DNA of 64,000 bases, from assembly GCA_965112155.1 (NCBI GenBank), contig OZ218103.1; one strand, written 5' to 3'. The position numbers and the translations under genes were made by a program. The notes under the pieces are model-generated. The model searched no databases. It was not told where the DNA came from and worked only from the letters and a program-made list of their open reading frames with translations. This stretch comes from Podarcis liolepis. Lineage: Eukaryota. How positions within the stretch are numbered: the stretch's first letter is position 1; every line of letters begins with the position of its first letter. Below are positions 1 through 16,350 of the stretch, piece by piece.

Positions 1-460
1 CCACGATAGTTGAGCAGGGACGCAGAGAACGGAACTCTCGGGCAGCGCAGTAGACACCTCTTTAAACGCAAGGGTCCTTCTAAGGGAGGAAGTGCTCGCA
101 CTGCGCATGCTCCTTCCTTTCCAGCGTTCGAGCCTCTTGCCGCCGCCACGGTAAGGCCTTGCTCTGGCCGCCCCATCTTCCCCGCATCGCCCCCATCCTG
201 CGCCTGGCCGGCCCGGCTCCTCACTTTGCTACGCCTGGGCGCCTTGCTCTTCCTCCCTGCCAGGCTCGTTTTGGCCGGAGGGGAGTCGGAGATGGAAAAC
301 GGGGCATGGATGCGGGGCGGGGATTGGGTGCCCGGCTGGAAGGCGGCAGTTTGTTAAGCCAGGCCGCGGCTCCTCTAGAGTTGAAGTAGGAGTGCGTGTG
401 GGCTTGGGAGACTTAACACTAGCTTAGCCCTCGCGCCCGTCTCCCTCGAGGAGCACGTGC
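1..460. promoter_or_regulatory. RPS10 CpG-island promoter (ETS/GABP GGAAGTG 88-94, NRF1-like TGCGCATGC 102-110)
   Basis: GC/CpG-rich stretch surrounding exon 1; motifs read directly. Confidence 0.8.
110..150 (+). other. RPS10: RPS10 non-coding exon 1 beginning with a TCT/5'TOP pyrimidine tract
   Basis: CTCCTTCCTTTCCAG followed by donor ACG|GTAAGG at 151; exact TSS not determinable. Confidence 0.85.
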
Positions 461-1232
461 ATGGTATATAATAAGCCGATGGTAAAATGGAAGTTGTGTG
501 TCCGTGGACGTGTTCTGCAAAGAAGCAAAGCAGGGAGTGGTGAGAGGTCGTTTTAGGGCTTTAAATGAAGACAGAGTTAGGCTAATGATAAAAATGGGGA
601 CTTTGCTAGGGAAACTTTTATGTGAAACTATCTTAATAGCCTGATACTATAGGTATAGTTATTTGGAAGAAAGTCTCATTGAGTTGAATGGGGTAAATAA
701 GTATACAGTATCCAAGATTACAGCTTTCAAGTCAAAAGTTCTCAATATCATCAAACTTTACTCTTGCTGTAATGGTTAGTGGAGGCTGCATAGAGCACCT
801 GGTTTATATGGAACTTGCTTTTCTGAGTATTCTGCATGGATGTTGCCAGAGAAAGTGTAGGTCAGTGCAAAGGGTCCCATGTTCAATTCATATCAATATT
901 TTAAAGAATCGGGTGGTAGATAATGAATAGAGAGAATACTTTCTGATTAATAGGGTTACTTCCTGATACACTTAAGAGATGATGCTACAGGGCTAAATGG
1001 ACAAAGTCTGATTTGGTATAAGGCAGTTTGCTATGACAGGTCTTGTCTAGCGTTGCTTAAATTGAGGTATACAACATTTTAATGTAAGCTTAGTATGCAC
1101 CATTTCTTTCATACTCTTCAGCTTCCAACAGAGCAGTAAAATAATTGCTGGGTTACTTTGTACCATTTTCTTGAGAATGTGTGTGTGTGTGTGTTAACTT
1201 TGAAGTAAAAAAGGGTGGCTCTTTAAAATTGA

Positions 1233-5980
<4,748 letters not shown>

Positions 5981-6013
5981 AAATCTATTGCTGTTTGGTT
6001 GCATCTTGTGTAT

Positions 6014-6019
6014 AATAAA
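6014..6019 (+). terminator. RPS10 polyadenylation signal AATAAA
   Basis: 33 nt after the stop codon, followed by U/GU-rich sequence. Confidence 0.85.
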
Positions 6020-7053
6020 TAGGTGAAAAATGCACTTTGTAGCTTTGAATCATTTAATTATGAAGCTTAATGGGTGAAATATTGCTTGTTTTAAAATGTG
6101 GAGGATAAACCCCAAAACATAATAGGAATGATGTGTAAGATGACATGTGGTATCTTGACCATTTACTTTAAAAGATAGATATCAAATCCTTGTGGCTCTT
6201 TCTAAGACTCCTAACTTGAAGAAAATGGGAAAGGATTTCTTGATGTCAGAGGGATGAAGCATTAATTGTTGGTATACTTATCTTCCTTATCTTATGGCCA
6301 TTCTTCCCTGATTATGTTCCCCATCTAACTGGAGTCTCCATGTTATCCTCTTTGCCTCTAGATGCAATCATCATTATCTTGCCTCCTGAAATTTGATTAA
6401 GTTGTGCAGAATGAATTGAAATTTTATATGCAATTTGTTCTGGCCTTAAATTTCAGGCTTGCATAGTTCACAACTTAGTGGATTGATGTGCCACTAGCAG
6501 TCAATGTAATCATAGTTGGGCATCATTGTCCCACAAAAAGTAAAAGCAGTCATTAACACTATTTCTTGCTTGACCTTGGTCCTGTTAGGGGGGAAAATTA
6601 GAAAAAGTCAAACAATTTAATGGGACATACTTCTAGATATGTTTTGTGCATAGGATTGCTGTATTGGCTTTATAGTTTTTTTAAAAGCTTTGATTAACAG
6701 GACAGGCTGCTATATTTAGCAAGCTTGTGATTCAATCAACCGAGCATAAAAAGCTTTGCTACAGTATTGGGATGTATTTGTAATTGGGGATTGTTGGAAG
6801 TATAGTCTCTCCTGTCCCTGAGGCTTGGTTCCATCCATTAAACTCCACAAAAGCTCACAATCTCAACTTTACTGATGGAGAACTGAAACTGAGATAGTGG
6901 ACCAAGCATTTGCCAGTAACAACCATTTGGAGAGAACTGGAAGAAAAAGTGAGCAGCGAATATATGAAACCTTTTCTATTTATGAATTAGAAGTGTAAGG
7001 TACTATAGAATGCAGTTCTTAAATAAGGTTGCCAAAGATCTAGGCAGCATATA

Positions 7054-7287
7054 CAGTGGTGCCTCGCAAGACGAAATTAATCCGTTCCACGAGTCTCTTC
7101 GTCTTGCGGTTTTTTTGTCTTGCGAAGCACGGCTATTAGCGGCTTAGGGGCTTTAAGAAAAAGGAAAAGAACTCGCAAGACGTTTCGTCTTGCGAAGCAA
7201 GCCCATAGGGAAATTCGTCTTGCGGAACGACTAAAAAATGGAAAACTCTTTCGTCTTGCGCGTTTTTCGTCTTGCAAGGTACCACTG
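7054..7287. mobile_element. Tc1/mariner-type MITE, GCAAGACGAA family (short copy)
   Basis: TA|CAGTGGTGCCTCGCAAGACGAA ... TTCGTCTTGCAAGGTACCACTG|TA. Confidence 0.9.
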
Positions 7288-7472
7288 TAGTTTCACCAGT
7301 AGATGCTGAACAATGTGAAAGTAGGGTATGATTTTTTATATATAAAATAAGTATAGCTGAGTTATGGCGTTTAGCATGCCAACCATGTTTGCCTCTTACT
7401 ATTTAATACCCATTTTACATAGAAGAGTGTTTGCTGTTGTAAAGCTGGAGGAAATTGGTCTAGTGTCCAATA

Positions 7473-7666
7473 CAGTGGTACTTGTACTTGTGAACACGAT
7501 CAGTTCTGGGGTGCCGTTCGTACCCGAGAAGTCCGCAATTAGAGCGGCGCTTCTGCACAAGCACATAGCGCGATAGTGCTTCTGTGTATGCATGCACAAT
7601 GAAGGGTTTGCCGCGTTCGCAAGCCGAAAAGACAATATGAACGTAACACAACATGAAGTATGACTA
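7473..7666. mobile_element. Tc1/mariner-type MITE, degraded
   Basis: TA|CAGTGGTACTT ... AAGTATGACTA|TA. Confidence 0.6.
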
Positions 7667-7914
7667 TACTGGGCAGTCCTTTACATGCTTCTTGCGTATA
7701 TCTCGAGAACCATGATGCCATTGGTGCTAATGACCTGCTTCTTGCACAGTGTGGTGATGATATCCTGCTTATAGGTGCTACTTTGTTCTGGGCTCTTTAG
7801 AAGTCTGGAGACATTATTGGAAATCCCCAGCTTTCCTTTTTGGTGTGACTTCTTCTGATGTAAGGTGTTAATGCGGAATGAGATCTCTGAAGACCATGCT
7901 CTCAGCCCGTCTGT

Positions 7915-8040
7915 TATTTTAACATTTATATTTCACATTTCCTCCAAGAAATTCAATGTGGTGTACATGGTTCTCCTCCCTATTTTATTCTCATAGCAAA
8001 CCCGTGAAGGATAGGTTAGGTTGAGAGGCAGTGTCAGGAT
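7915..8040 (-). mobile_element. MIR-like SINE fragment
   Basis: Reverse-complement similarity to the copy at ~59480-59660 (CTCATAGCAAACCCGTGAAGG..TAGGTTAGGTTGAGAG core). Confidence 0.5.
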
Positions 8041-8272
8041 CATATGCTTGTGAAGATAGGCTTAAGTATGTGAGTAATGACCAGGGTTTTAGGACAGTAA
8101 CAAATTGACAGTTGTGCATTGAGTACAGAATTTGAAGAAATTTGCATTGTGATTTTAAAGGACTCGATAGAGGTTCCAGTGGTGAGGCAGGATTCTTCTG
8201 CTCTGCATAATTCCTGGTCCCTTCTCAAGACTTGCAAAAGCAGAATAAATCACACAATGCATACAGTATATA

Positions 8273-8588
8273 CCAGGGTGGGAAATGTAAAGTCATGGGG
8301 CCATATGCAGCCCTCCAGGCCTCTATTCGGAATCTTCCCAGGTCACCCCCCACTCTCGCAGACCACATGTTAAGCTGCCTGATTAGAATGTGTCCTTAAA
8401 CATGCCTCTTGCTTGTCTGGGTGAAGAATGAAAATATGCATATGTGTAGAAATCTGACTTGTGTTGCTGGAATATCTGCTTCTTTGACTCTCACACTTTT
8501 TCTGTTCACCCTGTCCACACTTGCATGTAGCCCCTAGAAGTTGCCCATGAAGGAATGTGGCTCTTGAAAAAGGTTTTCCATCTCTGAT
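8273..8588. mobile_element. Degraded hAT-like non-autonomous DNA element
   Basis: CAGGGTGGGAAA...TTTTCCATCTCTG ends; related pieces near 10383, 20845, 33890, 34670 and 48385. Confidence 0.45.
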
Positions 8589-9803
8589 TCACACATACAC
8601 CTACCTCCCAGAATTCAGCTCTTGACTCTCCCCAACTTGCACAGAGCATAATGGCTCTGCATGTTAACTTTTCTGTGGTTGGTAATGTTGTGCTCCAACT
8701 CAATAGATTTTATTCTTTTCCAGCATCATTACTGAAATGCAATTAAACACAATATTAACGAGGCTATAACAAGAAGTACAAATATATCAGCAGGCAAACA
8801 TGGTTTAATGTTTTCTCTCTGCATTTTGTATTAGGGCTAGTCAAAATACACAGTGAGATGCAACTGTTTTCAGATTTGTGTTGCTAGTTTTAAAAATGTG
8901 CTCCCTGCTTAGATTGGGAAAGTTGGCATGCTTTCTAGTACTAGGTAATGAGATGGATGTCCAGAGGGCATTTCTTTTGCTGCTTTGTGAGTGACAGTCT
9001 GGTGGTTTTAAGATTTTTTTCTAAATCTCAAAACGGTTTGAGCTTTTTGTGCTCATGGAATTGTCTACTGAATCAATATTGGGCTAAATATATATTGTGT
9101 GGATTGCATACTGTGGCGTAATGCTCCATTAGGAAGTGTTTCCACCCATCTCAGGATGTCACTGAGTTGCACTAGATAAACCCACACCTAGCATGATCTG
9201 AGGCAAATGAAAACATCCCCCACTTCCCGCAACACAACATTGATCTCCAGTTATTTTCAGAACAAGATGAGGGCCCATCCTATGCACTGGGTCTGCTTTC
9301 CATTAGGAAATGCTTCTCCCCCAGCTGGTACCTGGGCTTGTGGCCCAAAAGCCAGCTGGAGATAGAATTCAGAGGCATCCTTATCCATTAATGGAATCAT
9401 AATCTGGAAATTACTTTGTTGGTGACAGCAACAGTGAGTTTTCCACATTATTTACAAGAACAGTCACAGTACTAAATTGAAACCCTGTTGGTGGGTTCAA
9501 TTTGTAGACTCAGTATTTTCACATCTCTTTTCCCCCAAAGGGACATGTGTTAGTGTGTTTCAAAAAGTTTTTGGTGCTTATTTCAAATTTAGGGGATATC
9601 TTGTACCTCCCAAGTTTTCTGCCCTGTCCTGGGTAACATAGGGCTTCATAGTATTTGACAGTCTTTCCTTTACTCTTGAATCCTCAAGGAGGTGGCCTTT
9701 AAGAAATTTTACGAGGACTTCAGTAGCTTTCATTTCCCCAGCAGTTCACACAAGAGATTTAATTTTTGGACATCTCATTTGCATTCCTTTACCAAGTAGA
9801 ATA

Positions 9804-10044
9804 CAGTGGTACCTCGAGTTAAGTACTTAATTCGTTCCGGAGGTCTGTTCTTCACCTGAAGCACCACTTTAGCTAATGAGGCCTCCTGCTGCCGCCGCGC
9901 CGTCAAAGCACAATTTCTGTTCTTATCCTGAAGCAAAGTTCTTAACCTGAAGCACTATTTCTGGGTTAGCAGAGTCTGTAACCTGAAGTGTATGTAACCT
10001 GAAGCGTATGTAACCTGAAGCATATGTAACCCGAGGTACCACTG
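9804..10044. mobile_element. Tc1/mariner-type MITE, TAACCTGAAG family
   Basis: TA|CAGTGGTACCTCGAGTTA ... TAACCCGAGGTACCACTG|TA; internal GTAACCTGAAG repeats; near-identical to 63023-63248. Confidence 0.9.
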
Positions 10045-11009
10045 TACACCACAGGATCCATTGGGCTACAATACAATCTCTACACTCCAGCTGCATTTAT
10101 TTTTCTTTCCTGGACAAGGCCTTAAACTTGAACTCCTCCCACCCAAGTACTCTTAAAGCTACGCTGAATGAAATTCAGTGAAAATGAATTTCAATGAAAT
10201 GAAGGAACAGACTGACAAAGCCAGATGAGCTGCCTGCAACAGAACAGTCCCGAAGAGAAGGTGACAGAACACCATTAATCACCTATAGCTTTCAGCTAAA
10301 AAGATTCTGACATCGGGAGCTCATTCTGTATAAATTACAGGTTTTGGGTAGTAGCATTCTCATACACTCCCTTAATATAAGGTCAGGGTGGGGAACCTTT
10401 TTCAGCTTGAAGCCGGCATTCTCTTCTACATAAACCCTTTTCTATCCTCAATCCAGGCAAGCAAGACATCAAAGTTAAAGGAGAAATTCAAGCAAGCCAA
10501 AAACTTGAGTGTGTGAAGCAGGGCTGTAGCTTGGGGAAGAGATACCGACAGAGACCTGGGCTGCATTTGCTGACCCCCACACCCAGTCTGAGGTTCCCTA
10601 CTGATGTAGGAGCTGGGCATTTTTTGTTACTTAACTTACTTTTTAATTGTATACTGTTTTAAGCTATTCGTATGCTGCTCAGATATTTCATATGGGGGAA
10701 AGGCTGATAACAGTCTTGCAAAATAAATCCGTTAGTCATACCATCAGGGACTTGCCTTCCAGTGTGACATGCCACATCATCTACCAATAATGACCTTTTG
10801 CTTTCCTCACAAGTTACAAAACAGGTTAAGCTCTCTGAAAAAGAATGGACACAGTAGTAATGTTCAGCTACCAGGGGGACATATTTAGGGTGGCTAGGGC
10901 ACACTCATGTCATGGGTGCTGTTTTAATTCAGTAATTCCTTCAATGGGAAGTTCTAGTATGAAATTATTGAATTAGGATTTCAGTAAATCTATTCAGTTT
11001 TATTCTGTT

Positions 11010-11100
11010 TTTAATGTTTTGTTGAAAGCTGCCCAGAGTGGCTGGGGAAACCCAGCCAGATGGGTTGGGTAGAAATAGTAAATTATTAACTATTATTATT
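11010..11100 (+). mobile_element. L2-clade LINE 3' tail fragment
   Basis: GCTGCCCAGAGTGGCTGGGGAAACCCAGCCAGATGGG plus TAT-rich tail; same as 60895-60985. Confidence 0.7.
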
Positions 11101-12069
11101 CTTGCCCTATTGTAGATTACTGTTACTACCAGCTACTGTTGTTGTGACTGGATCACACTAGTCTTGTAGTATACATCTGGGTTTTGTGTAGAAATGCCAC
11201 TTGATTGGGAGAAAGGCTCATAAATTGTGGAATTTTCTTCCAAGTAAATCCATGTATTAGTCTTTAAAGGTACACAAGCACACAATAGAAGTATTGTGGT
11301 ATAACATACATAGGTGACCTGAAATAGTCTCGCTGTCATTCAAAGGCAGCACTGCCTTTACATTGTGGTAAGCTAAATATAATTCTTAGTGCAAAAGGCT
11401 ATTCTTACTTTACATTTCCCCTTTTGGTTGCAGCGTATACATGTATCATCACTCTAGATATAGTCTAGGATTTTAGTCATCAGTTATAAGTGCAATTGTT
11501 TTGGCTGATGTTGTAGTTTATTCTTTAGAATTCTTTGAGTTTCCCTAACAAGGTTAGCTGCTGTTCAGATAACATAGGTATTATTAATGCTACTCATTTT
11601 GAACTTGTGCTTTATGAAGTCAACAAGAGGAACTGACACTTATAGGGCATAGGTAGTCAGCCCCTCTGGCATGCATGGACACGCAGTGCTATGCTTTTGA
11701 CTGAAAAGTAAAAACAGGTTTAATGGCGAAATGGAGGGTATGCACAGGCTTCCCATTTAATATAACAGCATGATGCAATGTCAGCATATCATGAAGGCAG
11801 GAGGAAGAAACACAGCTTTTACCTCCTATGCTATGGGAATCCCTTCAGGTTTGGACATTGCATCCACAGTGGACTGGCAGAAGATCTCTTATTTCTGATT
11901 TATATGGATGCCTGCAACAAAGAAAGGCTGCAATCTCACATACACTGAACCTAGGAGTAAATCCCATTTTCTTTAAATAGGGCTTCAGGGTTGACACACA
12001 TAGGATTTCACTATAAGCCATCAGTATGTTAATGACACTCAGTTCTATATCTCCATAACATCTGAATCA

Positions 12070-13425
12070 AGAGAACTTGTGTAGGTCCTGGACTAGTGCC
12101 TGAGTGCAGGGTGGGCTTGAATCCTGTCAGGATGAAGGTGCTATTCAGAAAGTGGCCAGCTGCTTGCCCTGGATGGAGTTGTATTTCCCCTGAAGTAACA
12201 GGTATGCAGCTTTGTCAATTGAGGCCCAGCTGGCCTTAGTGGCTAGGAATGCCTTCGGCTCGTATGACAATTGCACCAGTTGTGGGATAGCTTAACCACA
12301 GTAGTAGTAGACAGGAACTAGATTTACTGCACAATGCTGCAGCCCAATTACTGACAGGACTAAGTCCCCCTTACACACTTGCTTGGAGAGCTACCTTGAA
12401 CGCAACAGCTTGGGACCAGTTTACGAAGGATTGCCTTACCACATAAGTGTCCATTTTGATCTGTGGAAGTGATACATTTTGATAAATGTATCTACCTGCT
12501 TTTAAAGTTCTGAGTTTGTTGGTATTAGGTATTTTTTGTATTGCTTCAAGTAAACAGCTTAAGAGGTTTTTGTTGATTAAGCGATATATAAACCGTGTTA
12601 AATAATAAATAATGAAATGTTTGCATGCTACAGTACATAAAATCTGTACTTTTAACATGAGGCCATTGTGTCCACTTAAGTTTGGGGGGGGGGGGCTTTT
12701 TAACCTATAAAGCCTTATGTGACTCAAGGACCACCTCTCACCAAAACCAGGCTGGACCTCAGAACCAACATGGACCTTGCAGTCATCATCTGGGCCCTTC
12801 CTCATGTGCTCCCTCCTCAGGAACTCCACAGGGTGGCAACATGAGAATAGGACTGTTCAGTGGTGGTAATCCACTTGTGGAATGCTCTCTCTGGGAGGCT
12901 TGCCTGGTGCCATTAATACATAGCTTTAAGTGCTAGGCAAAAGCATTTCTTTTCACCAGGCCTTTGGCTCTTATCCTGGCCCAACTGCACTGGCTACCAA
13001 TTAGTTTCCGGGCCAAATTCAAAGTGCTGGTTTTGACCTATAAAGCCTTAAATGCTTCAGGACTGCAAAATCTCAAGGCCCACCTCTCTGCATATTAACT
13101 GACCTAGACCCTGCAATAATAATATGAGGCCCTTCTTCATGTGCCGCCTCTGTGAGAAGTCTGGAGGGTGGCAACACGAGAACGGGCCTTTTCTGTGGTG
13201 GCTCCCCATTTGTGCAATGCTCTCCCCAGGGTGGCTTGCCTGATGCCTTTGTTATACATCTTTAGGCGCCAGGTGAAAACATTCCTCTTCTTCCAGGCCT
13301 TTGGCTAATTAAACAATCTATGGCCTTTTAAATTGTGTGTAGGGTGGGATTTTTTTTGTTATAGTATGTTTGTATTTTAAACTGCCCTGTGGTTTTCACA
13401 TAAAGGGTGGTATAGGTATTTAATT
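12070..13425 (+). mobile_element. Cluster of about three L2-clade LINE 3' fragments in tandem
   Basis: Blocks homologous to the L2 at 53860-55700 (CTGCACTGGCTACCAATTAGTTTCCGGGCCAAATTCAAAG; GGGTGGCAACA...CCAGGCCTTTGG occurs twice). Confidence 0.75.
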
Positions 13426-15117
13426 ATCACCTGTAGCCTCCTTGAGTGGATGGGATGTTTTAATCCTGCCTTTTAAAAATAGGATTCTCTTTTAGATTTG
13501 TCTTTGGTTTTCTTTTATACCAGTTTTAATGTGTTTGTTTATATATTGAGTTACCTTGGTAAAAATTAACCAAAAAATTTAATAAATACTACTGATGATA
13601 TAACTCATTATTATTAACTGAGGGTTTAAAATATCTTGCAGATATAATAGTAAAAACATTGTTAATGTTTTTAATTTTTATTTTATTACTGTTTTGTTTG
13701 CTGCCTTGGGCTCTTTTGGGAAGACAGATGGGATAAAAATGTACTAATGCAAGAAAACAATAATGACATCTGCACACCTTAAGAAAATAAACATAAACTG
13801 GTAATAATACCAAATCCCGTCTCAATTTTTTTTTTATATGTGAGGACCATCAACCTCTGATTTTAAAACAAATTCTACTTAAATGCCTAGGCCATGCTTG
13901 TAACCATCTGCAGGTTCTTTCTTCGTTATATGGCCTACACAGAAAGATTTAATAGTTTGTGTTGGAGATTTTCCAACTAGAGTGTTCTGTACAGTATTAA
14001 AGAAACTTTGCAAAGGAACCCCTTGCGAAGTTATCCTGTTTGCTACAGTGTGAACTTTTGGCTGTACACTCAGCTACTCCACACTAAATAGTGGTTTTCA
14101 GTATTGGAACAGAGAACTGAATTGTACTTCTATGTCCGCTCATGGCTTAGGGTAGCTTTTGCCTGAATGTTTAAGCAAATGAGAGGGTGGTTTGCCTGTG
14201 GCCTTGATGGATGCCAAAGAGGGAGGCACCTCAATTTGTTATGCTCTGTTGGGCTGCAAGAGTTTAAAACAAGCTGGCTTGGTGTAATTCAAAGTAAGTG
14301 CCATTTCTTCTAACTGTAGGAATGAATGGGAACCTGCAATGCAGCCTTAAGCATTTCATGACAACCTCTGATATCCCAATGCGTTCAGTGGGGCTTCCTT
14401 GCGTATAGGATTGTAGCTTTAAGATGTCAAAAGCAATACAGGGACTGAAATCACCCTTTAAAAAACACCACCATTCCCTACGGACAATGTAGAAACGATA
14501 GAGGTCTGGTTTGATTTTATGTCAGTAAGGAAGAACAGAGTTTGTCGCCATCCTTTCCTCCTAAGAACCAACCTGGACCTTGCGATCATCATCTGGGACC
14601 CTGCATATGTGCTCCATCCTCAGGACGTCTCTCATTCAATTTGAATGTAATTAAAGCTGCCCTAGATGATGGAAGGTAAAATGCCATGCATTCTCTTCTT
14701 AGGGTTAGAAAGGAGTCCGTGTCCTGCTGCTGTTGTAAAATGCAGGAGAGAGTTAACTTTGCTCTAAGGGGAAACGTTTTTGTCAGGCCTTAAAACTATT
14801 ATTATTTGTAATTGCATCCTAGGTATGTCAGCTCGGAAGCAAGTTCTATTGAGTTCTGTGTGACTTACCGCCTGGTAAGTTGTACAGACGGTGGGGAAGA
14901 CAGAAGAGAAAGACAACTTAAAAATAACATTTCACGCCGCTGCTCGCCCATAGACATCCCTGTATGACAGTCGCACAGCACACCTTGCAGACAGTACTCG
15001 CTATATGCCTGCTCGTTAGAGGAGGGCGGGGACACTATAACTGGGGCAAAATACTGCAGCCTGAGTGCTGGCAAAATTATACAGTATTTATTCGCAAAGG
15101 AGGCGGAAAATCCCTAT

Positions 15118-15173
15118 AATTTTACCTACTATGCGCCCTGACTTCCAATTTTACCTACTATGCGCCCTGACTT
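15118..15173. repeat. Perfect 27-bp direct duplication (period 29)
   Basis: AATTTTACCTACTATGCGCCCTGACTT at 15118-15144 and 15147-15173. Confidence 0.95.
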
Positions 15174-15279
15174 AACGAAAAGGAGACTTTTATATTTTTT
15201 TTCCTCCACCACCACATAAAGAGGAGACACCCCTTTCTTCAGCCTCTCCCCCTTTCATTTCACGCTCCCAAGCCTGGCT

Positions 15280-16350
15280 TCAAGACTTCGCCGCCGTTAC
15301 GTTTTTGGCGTGCTGCTTCTCCTCACACAAGATGGGCATTGTTTCAGTCGGGCTACGCGTTTTACGCAGGGCCGCTGTCAGCCCTTGTGCAAAAACGTTG
15401 CGCCAGACATCTGGCTCAGTGTAGTTTCGGCGCGCGGAGGCTGCGTAAGGCTGCGATGGCGGCGGAGGGAGAAAGGCGCCCCTCCCCCTTGCTCTCGACA
15501 CCGTTCCGCTTAGTGTGGCGGCGCAACCCTTGCGCTGGGAGGCGACGCTCTGTAACGGGTGTCCGGAACCGAAGGGCGGGGGCGCGCGCGAGAGAGAGCG
15601 AGCGAGCGATTCCCAACCCTCGGCTACGCCGCTTGCGCAGCGGCTCGTCGGAGGCGAGAAGCTTCAGCCAGCGCCTTTCTCCTCCTGCTGCCACTGCGCC
15701 GTTGGCGTAGCATGTCCCAAGATGGCGTCGCGGTCGTCGTCGTTGGCGGCGGTGGCCGGAGCGCTGGCGGCAGCTGGGGTACCGACGTGGGAAGAGCTGA
15801 GAGGGGGAGCCAGGCGGCGGACGGCGGGTGGTAGCATTAGGAGCGAGTAGCGGCTGCGGAGAGGGTTTCCCCCTCCCTCTCGGCTGGTGTGTGAGGCAGA
15901 GACTCTCCGGGATAGCGGGTCCCCGCGCCTCTTTCCCCCACCCCCACCCCGCGGTTGGGAGATCCCGACCTTCTCCCGCGCGTAGCCGACACCCGTCCCT
16001 CGCCTGCCTCCCTAGTGGGTGCTCCCACCCCTTTTCCCGAGCGGAGGATGATGAAGCTCAAGTCCAACCAGACTCGCACCTACGACGGGGACGGATACAA
16101 GAAACGGGCGGCTTGCCTCTGCTTCCGCAACGAGAGCGAGGAAGAGGTGAGTGAGGGAAGCGGGCGGGCTGCGGCTGGAGGTGGGGGAGCACGAGCCGGG
16201 ATGGGGGTGGTAGTGGTGGGGGGAACTGGGTGGCTATTCAGGGGGAGGGGCGCCAGAAGAAGAGGCTCCCTAAGTGTTGCAAGTGGGGGGGGCGGTTAGC
16301 AATGGCACACCCGACATGTAAGGGAGGCGGGGTATCAAACGGGAAGCTCC
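15280..16350. promoter_or_regulatory. NUDT3 CpG-island promoter and 5' UTR (GC box ~15574, YY1 motif AAGATGGCG 15719-15727)
   Basis: Dense CpG island spanning the first coding exon. Confidence 0.85.
16048..16146 (+). CDS. NUDT3: NUDT3 coding exon 1
   Basis: AGG ATG ATG AAG ... GAAGAG|gtgagt. Confidence 0.97.

Noticed and set aside
10-389. ORFs over the RPS10 promoter (likewise 15280-16299 and 57419-58335)
   Set aside because: CpG-island composition suppresses stop codons; the real exons are defined by splice sites.
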